DNA from: a virus
Virus record (IMG/VR): IMGVR_UViG_3300035698_016128
Span: 60,120-124,119 of that record
Length of the DNA: 64,000 nucleotides
Strand: one strand, 5' to 3'
Shown piece after piece: positions 59,479-64,000 of the stretch. A model generated the notes under the pieces. That model searched no databases. It was not told the DNA's origin and saw only the letters and a program-made list of their open reading frames with translations. The translations under genes and the position numbers were made by a program. The first letter of the stretch is position 1; each line of letters begins with the position of its first letter.

Positions 59479-60261
59479 ATGGCTAAGCTTGTAAGGAAGA
59501 ATGGCGATATAAAGATAAAAGAAATAGATGGCGTGATTGGCTTGAAGATGCCGCGCTCAGCGCTCAAACATTCAGATAAACTTGAAAAATATGACATCAA
59601 CAAAGCGCTTGCTATTCGCAAGAGTGTAGCATCTGAAGTAATGCCAGATGGCACCAACAAAATATGGCTTGGTGAAGATGATGACTTTGTGGCCTTCATG
59701 GAGAGCGGTAAGGTCTTGTTTACAAGAGACAACTTAGGTATATTTCAAATTGCTTCGGGATTAAGATTTGAAACAACAGGGCATAGAAAAGAGTACCCAA
59801 TAATAAAGACAGGTGTTGCCGGGGTGTCCTTTAAGGATGGTAACATCAGCAGACAGGTAACTATCCAGCAACTTGGCTCATACAACAAGATTGAAGGGTC
59901 CTCATTCTCAGCAGCACTCAAGAGAGAGCATGACGATTTTGCCAGAAGCGTACTGATTTCAGTGCATACCAGAAACGGCACCCCAATGATTGATAAAAAA
60001 GTTGGCTTTCTTCCCCGCCAGCTATCAAGAATATTGACAATACTAAGTGAATGGTATAGTATTGAATACACTGCCGAAGTGCACAAAATCAAATCAAATC
60101 TGACGAAGGGAAGCAAGCCATTGCGCTTTCCGTGTAGTGTCTCTCTTATTCTACGCCCGAACGTATTTTTGACAAAGGCTCCAATGATCAGGAATATAAA
60201 TGTGTCCGGAATGTCTGTCTCTGAAATACGAAACAAGCTAAAGAAAAAGAGGGAAATGTAA
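59479..60261 (+). CDS. HIRAN-like domain protein
   Basis: VAGVSF...LKREHD...KVGFLPR. Confidence 0.55.
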   Translation: MAKLVRKNGDIKIKEIDGVIGLKMPRSALKHSDKLEKYDINKALAIRKSVASEVMPDGTNKIWLGEDDDFVAFMESGKVLFTRDNLGIFQIASGLRFETTGHRKEYPIIKTGVAGVSFKDGNISRQVTIQQLGSYNKIEGSSFSAALKREHDDFARSVLISVHTRNGTPMIDKKVGFLPRQLSRILTILSEWYSIEYTAEVHKIKSNLTKGSKPLRFPCSVSLILRPNVFLTKAPMIRNINVSGMSVSEIRNKLKKKREM

Positions 60262-60263
60262 CT

Positions 60264-60608
60264 ATGCCGATCCATGATTACACATGCGAAAACTGCGGTC
60301 ACTCTTTCGATGCTTACATACATGTTTCGAAAGATGTTAAGAAGAAGCTCAAGTGTCAAGTTTGCGGTGGTAAGGCGGTCAAGGTGCTATCGGCCTTCAA
60401 CACAGGCGGTAGGCTTTTCAAAAAACTGAGTGGCGTTGACGACACAGACGACCTCACGATTGGAAAGATTGTGGCCGAAGGAAAAATCCCAGCTGAACAT
60501 GCGAGGCCAGTCCGTGAAAGAATCTCTAAACATAAAAAAAACAAGGCAGAATTCGAAGAAAGAAAACGAACCATTGGCTTCAAAGAGGATGGAAAGCGAA
60601 CAGATTGA
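60264..60608 (+). CDS. FmdB-like Zn-ribbon protein
   Basis: MPIHDYTCENCG...CQVCG. Confidence 0.8.
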   Translation: MPIHDYTCENCGHSFDAYIHVSKDVKKKLKCQVCGGKAVKVLSAFNTGGRLFKKLSGVDDTDDLTIGKIVAEGKIPAEHARPVRERISKHKKNKAEFEERKRTIGFKEDGKRTD

Positions 60609-62124
60609 AATCAAACGCACAGTCCATCTCAAGTACAACTTCCGTTCTGAAGAGGCGCAAGGAAAAGCAAGGAAGCTTTGCAGTAGCTTTACAGAGAAGG
60701 GGTATGAGATCATATATTACGAGCCCGGATTTGTAGAGTTCGCCGTAGTACGGAGAGTTGTAAGCGGGTAGCGAAATGGCTTTCTTAGAAATAATAGGTA
60801 ATATGAGAACCACGCATTCTCCTAATGATTTGTATGACCGCATCGAGTACGGTGCTAAAGACGTAAGATCAAACCTAGGAGAAAAGCCAACCGTAGAAGT
60901 TTCAGTAGACCCAGTCTCCCACGAGTACACATTCCAAGTAGTAAAGAAATTTTCCTCCCACGAAAGCTATGGATACGCAGAAATAAAAATGACCCACGCC
61001 GTTGTCCGTGAGCATTCTGTTCTGCGTGACGCTAGGCCCCACCACCCTCTTGATATTGATGTATTATTTATACAGAAAACGTTCAGGAAATCGCCATACT
61101 TTGGCATTATTGCATTATCAAAAGGAACTCCTATCTTTTATATCTTTGCAACAGAAGAAGATATTGTGCACACATCGGATGACCTGAAAATAACTGCAAA
61201 TATTAAAGCGCCGTGGCATAATCTCTGGACCAGAATGGCAGGCGACACACAACTCAAAAATATACACTGCCTTATGAAACCAGAATCAAAGACAGTTGTT
61301 ACTCGCACAGCAGTTAGCGAAATAACATGTGGCGCTCTTGTTTGCAATAACCCTATGAAAACAGGAGTTGAACATACCAGCGGCGGTAGTAGCAGTGCCA
61401 TAGGCGTTGCGATAGCTGATGCAAAAGCAGGAGAATTAGTAGAAATTGCCTTAGTGAACGCCACCCACTTTCCAACCAAAATGTCAATGAGCGATGGCAC
61501 GAGCGCCGCCACAATGTTTGTTGGTCCTGCTACCGCCTTTGTTGATGATGAAAATAAATTAGTACCAATGCCAGGAGAAGCTACAATAGAGATTAAAAGC
61601 ATTCCAGTAAAGAAGCCTGATACTGTAACGGTTGGTTCAATTGATAACATCAGGAAAAGACTTAGGAGGAAATAATGCTAAACGATAAGCTTCTTGATAA
61701 CAAAGAGATACGTAAATTTATTACAACCATTGAAGCGGTTGATGGAGACGTAATACATCGGCCCCTGATCATGGACAATGAGCAGGTAAGGCAACACTTC
61801 CTTGAAACTGCCGAGGCGCTTGACTTGGATACCATCACCCTCCGTTACGAGAAAGCTCAGGTGTACGGCATCAGCTTTTGTCAAAACGGGTTGGACAGCG
61901 TATTCGAAAACATCAGGCGCAAGTACGACATTGTAGCAGAGAACATGTTCAGGCGATTAATCCTTGCACGGCAAGCCCCCACCAAGAAACACCTTCGGTA
62001 CCTGTATGATGGACTCCTCGACCTGAAGAACTACAGCGGTATGGCCCTGTGGTTCATCATTGCCGTATATGGCGACATGCTTCTTGAAGTCAAACATGAA
62101 CTCGAAGAGCAAAGGCAGGTTTGA
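60586..62124 (+). other. hypothetical CDSs (60586-60771, 60776-61675, 61675-62124)
   Basis: Contiguous ORFs. Confidence 0.6.
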
Positions 62125-62125
62125 A

Positions 62126-62698
62126 ATGGGCGATGAATATATTGATTATGAAGATGTGCAAACTCTCGTAACCATTGAGGCTGACCTTGGCGGTGACATT
62201 TACGAGATAAGTGTTGCCCGCGACCTTAACATGGGGGGCTTCGAAAATGCAGTGAATACCATATCCATGAAAATAGCCTTCATGGAGAAAGTCGCCGCCG
62301 CATGTTGGGCCGCATACGAGAACTGCAAGGCCGAACTCACAGTGCTTGAGGCTGAAATTGATGAAAAGGTACGTGCCATTAGGGGAATGCGTGGGGAACA
62401 GCGCATCATGAGGCACATACAGCGCAATCCTAGCTGGCTCAAGAAGAAGTATGTGGTCAATGAGGCCAATGCAAACTATCTTGCCGCCAAGGGTGCCGTG
62501 GATGCGTACAAATCATTTGACCGTATGCTTGAGGTCAAGAGTAACAACATGCGCAAATTCCCCGAGATGAGAGAACAGAAAGCCTTCTTCACAAAGAAGA
62601 AATTCTTCATACGGAAAAGCGCCAAGCTGATAGAGGATGATGAAATCCGCAAACCCAAACGAAAGAGGATCAAACTTCACAAGAAAAAGGAGGAGTAA
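62126..62698 (+). CDS. UvsY-like recombination mediator (coiled coil)
   Basis: Helical repeat pattern and position next to the SSB gene. Confidence 0.5.
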   Translation: MGDEYIDYEDVQTLVTIEADLGGDIYEISVARDLNMGGFENAVNTISMKIAFMEKVAAACWAAYENCKAELTVLEAEIDEKVRAIRGMRGEQRIMRHIQRNPSWLKKKYVVNEANANYLAAKGAVDAYKSFDRMLEVKSNNMRKFPEMREQKAFFTKKKFFIRKSAKLIEDDEIRKPKRKRIKLHKKKEE

Positions 62699-62923
62699 AT
62701 GAAAGATGCCCTTTTTATTCAAAATGAGGGAACACCAGAGGAAATGACTCTGGACCTATCTGAAGCAATGAGGATGGTGGCAAGAGCATCATCCACTTCA
62801 GCGCCGAATTTGATTGCAGACCTCATCACCTTACTGACAGAGAAAGGGGTAATCAGTCCGGAAGAAGCAGTCATGCTCATCCCAAGAAAAGAACGTGAAG
62901 TGGTTAGCATTAAACTCTCGTAA
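62699..62923 (+). CDS. hypothetical protein
   Basis: GGAGGAG RBS; LLTEKGVISPEE. Confidence 0.6.
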   Translation: MKDALFIQNEGTPEEMTLDLSEAMRMVARASSTSAPNLIADLITLLTEKGVISPEEAVMLIPRKEREVVSIKLS

Positions 62924-62959
62924 CAAGGCCATCACATCCAACCAAGGAGGAAAGTACAA

Positions 62960-64000
62960 ATGGCTATCAACATGAAGAAACTGAGGAAGAAGAGCCGTGA
63001 CCGGGAAGAACACAAGAAGCAAAGAGAGGAGAGCAGAAAGAACCGTGTGAACTTCTACCAGCCTATTGAAGGTTGGAACTACGTGGCGATTCTGCCTGAT
63101 CACCCGAACATGAATGAACTTCCCTACTGCCCCAAGGGACGCCACCGGAAATGCGGGCCGGACGGCAAGGCTGAATTCCTGTGTCGCCGTGGTGAAGAGC
63201 AAGACCCCATCAACGACTGCCCCCAGTGCGAGAAGGTCATCTCCCTGTACGGCACCGGCAAGGAACGGGACAAGAATATCGCAGGTGACCAGCGCCGAAA
63301 CCAGCGGTACTACTGGAACTCCTGTACACTGGAAGCCGCCAGCGATGGCGATACACCGACCATGCCGGATTGCTTCCTCCAGTACCCTTCCGAGGAAAAT
63401 GCAGAAGCCGACAAGAAGAAGCGCAAGAAGGTGTGCGCCAAGTGCGAATGGGAAGCCGATTGCAAGCGTGGCCTCATGGTCCTCAGTACGGGCGTGACCC
63501 TGTTCGACGAATTCATGGACATGTTCGAAGAACACGACGGCGACATCACCAACCTCAAGGAACTTATCGGCGCGAAGTTCAAGCGGGTTGGGTCCACAGC
63601 CACCAACACGAAGTACAAGTCGGTCAAGTCGATGAAGGCCATTGAATTTCCCAAGGCCGTGCGGAAATTCATCGAGGAGAACCTCGCTGACCTCACCCTT
63701 ATCAGCCCCTCGAAATCCAAGGACGAGATCAAGAACTTGATGCAGGGCATCGAGACGACTGAGGCTGAGGAGGAAGAGGAAGAGGGCGAAGAGGAAACCC
63801 CGGAACCTGACTGCTACGGCAACTTCGACAAGAGCAAGAAGAAGTGCAAGAAGTGCCAGTTCAACGAGAAGTGTCAGGTCGAAACCGACGGCGAAGAAGA
63901 AGGCGACGACGATGACGATGAAGAGGACGAGCCGCCGCCCCCCAAGAAGAAGCGCAAGAGCAAAAAGGCAGTGAAGGAGGAAGAGAAGGAGGAAGAGCCC
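62960..64000 (+). CDS. gp32-like ssDNA-binding protein with Cys modules and acidic tail (runs off window; absent from ORF track)
   Basis: AAGGAGG RBS; MAINMKKL...CPQCE...RYYWN...DITN...TKY; open to the window end. Confidence 0.7.
   Translation, partial: MAINMKKLRKKSRDREEHKKQREESRKNRVNFYQPIEGWNYVAILPDHPNMNELPYCPKGRHRKCGPDGKAEFLCRRGEEQDPINDCPQCEKVISLYGTGKERDKNIAGDQRRNQRYYWNSCTLEAASDGDTPTMPDCFLQYPSEENAEADKKKRKKVCAKCEWEADCKRGLMVLSTGVTLFDEFMDMFEEHDGDITNLKELIGAKFKRVGSTATNTKYKSVKSMKAIEFPKAVRKFIEENLADLTLISPSKSKDEIKNLMQGIETTEAEEEEEEGEEETPEPDCYGNFDKSKKKCKKCQFNEKCQVETDGEEEGDDDDDEEDEPPPPKKKRKSKKAVKEEEKEEEP

Noticed and set aside
63930-63965. PKKKRK as a sign of a eukaryotic virus (SV40-like NLS)
   Set aside because: SD-type RBSs, sigma promoters and DnaE/DnaB/DnaG indicate a bacterial host; likely a convergent basic tail.

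Overview
The window is a 64-kb piece of a large lytic dsDNA bacteriophage genome. The host is probably an anaerobic, sigma54-rich bacterium such as Desulfobacterota; this is inferred from the class II RNR, DUF2284/DUF2845/FmdB-type genes and RpoN promoters. Layout: (i) 1-6.3 kb, a leftward block with a TerS-like HTH gene, a 5'-3' exonuclease and small ORFs; (ii) 6.3-7.3 kb, non-coding repeat-rich DNA that may be the genome end; (iii) 7.4-22 kb, short early-type operons on both strands, with ten -24/-12 (sigma54) promoter matches; (iv) 22-31 kb, hypothetical genes, a radical SAM gene, a methyltransferase and an origin-like gap; (v) 31-64 kb, replication and nucleotide metabolism (MoxR AAA+ and VWA, sigma factor, SF2 helicase, loader, DnaB, primase, NrdJ, dCMP deaminase, DnaE, UvsY-like, gp32-like SSB), interleaved with a likely DNA hypermodification set (dUMP-hydroxymethylase-like thymidylate synthase homolog, two glycosyltransferases, SAM methyltransferases, two DUF2284-like proteins). 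The most striking signal is a 2.5-kb island (about 6987-9505). By manual reading it has no VGAB or VTCB tetramer on either strand. It holds one sigma54 operon built from GAAA-tetraloop hairpin cassettes, and its first gene is bracketed by a 34-bp inverted repeat. All counts were made by eye and all family assignments come from motif recognition; no searches were run.
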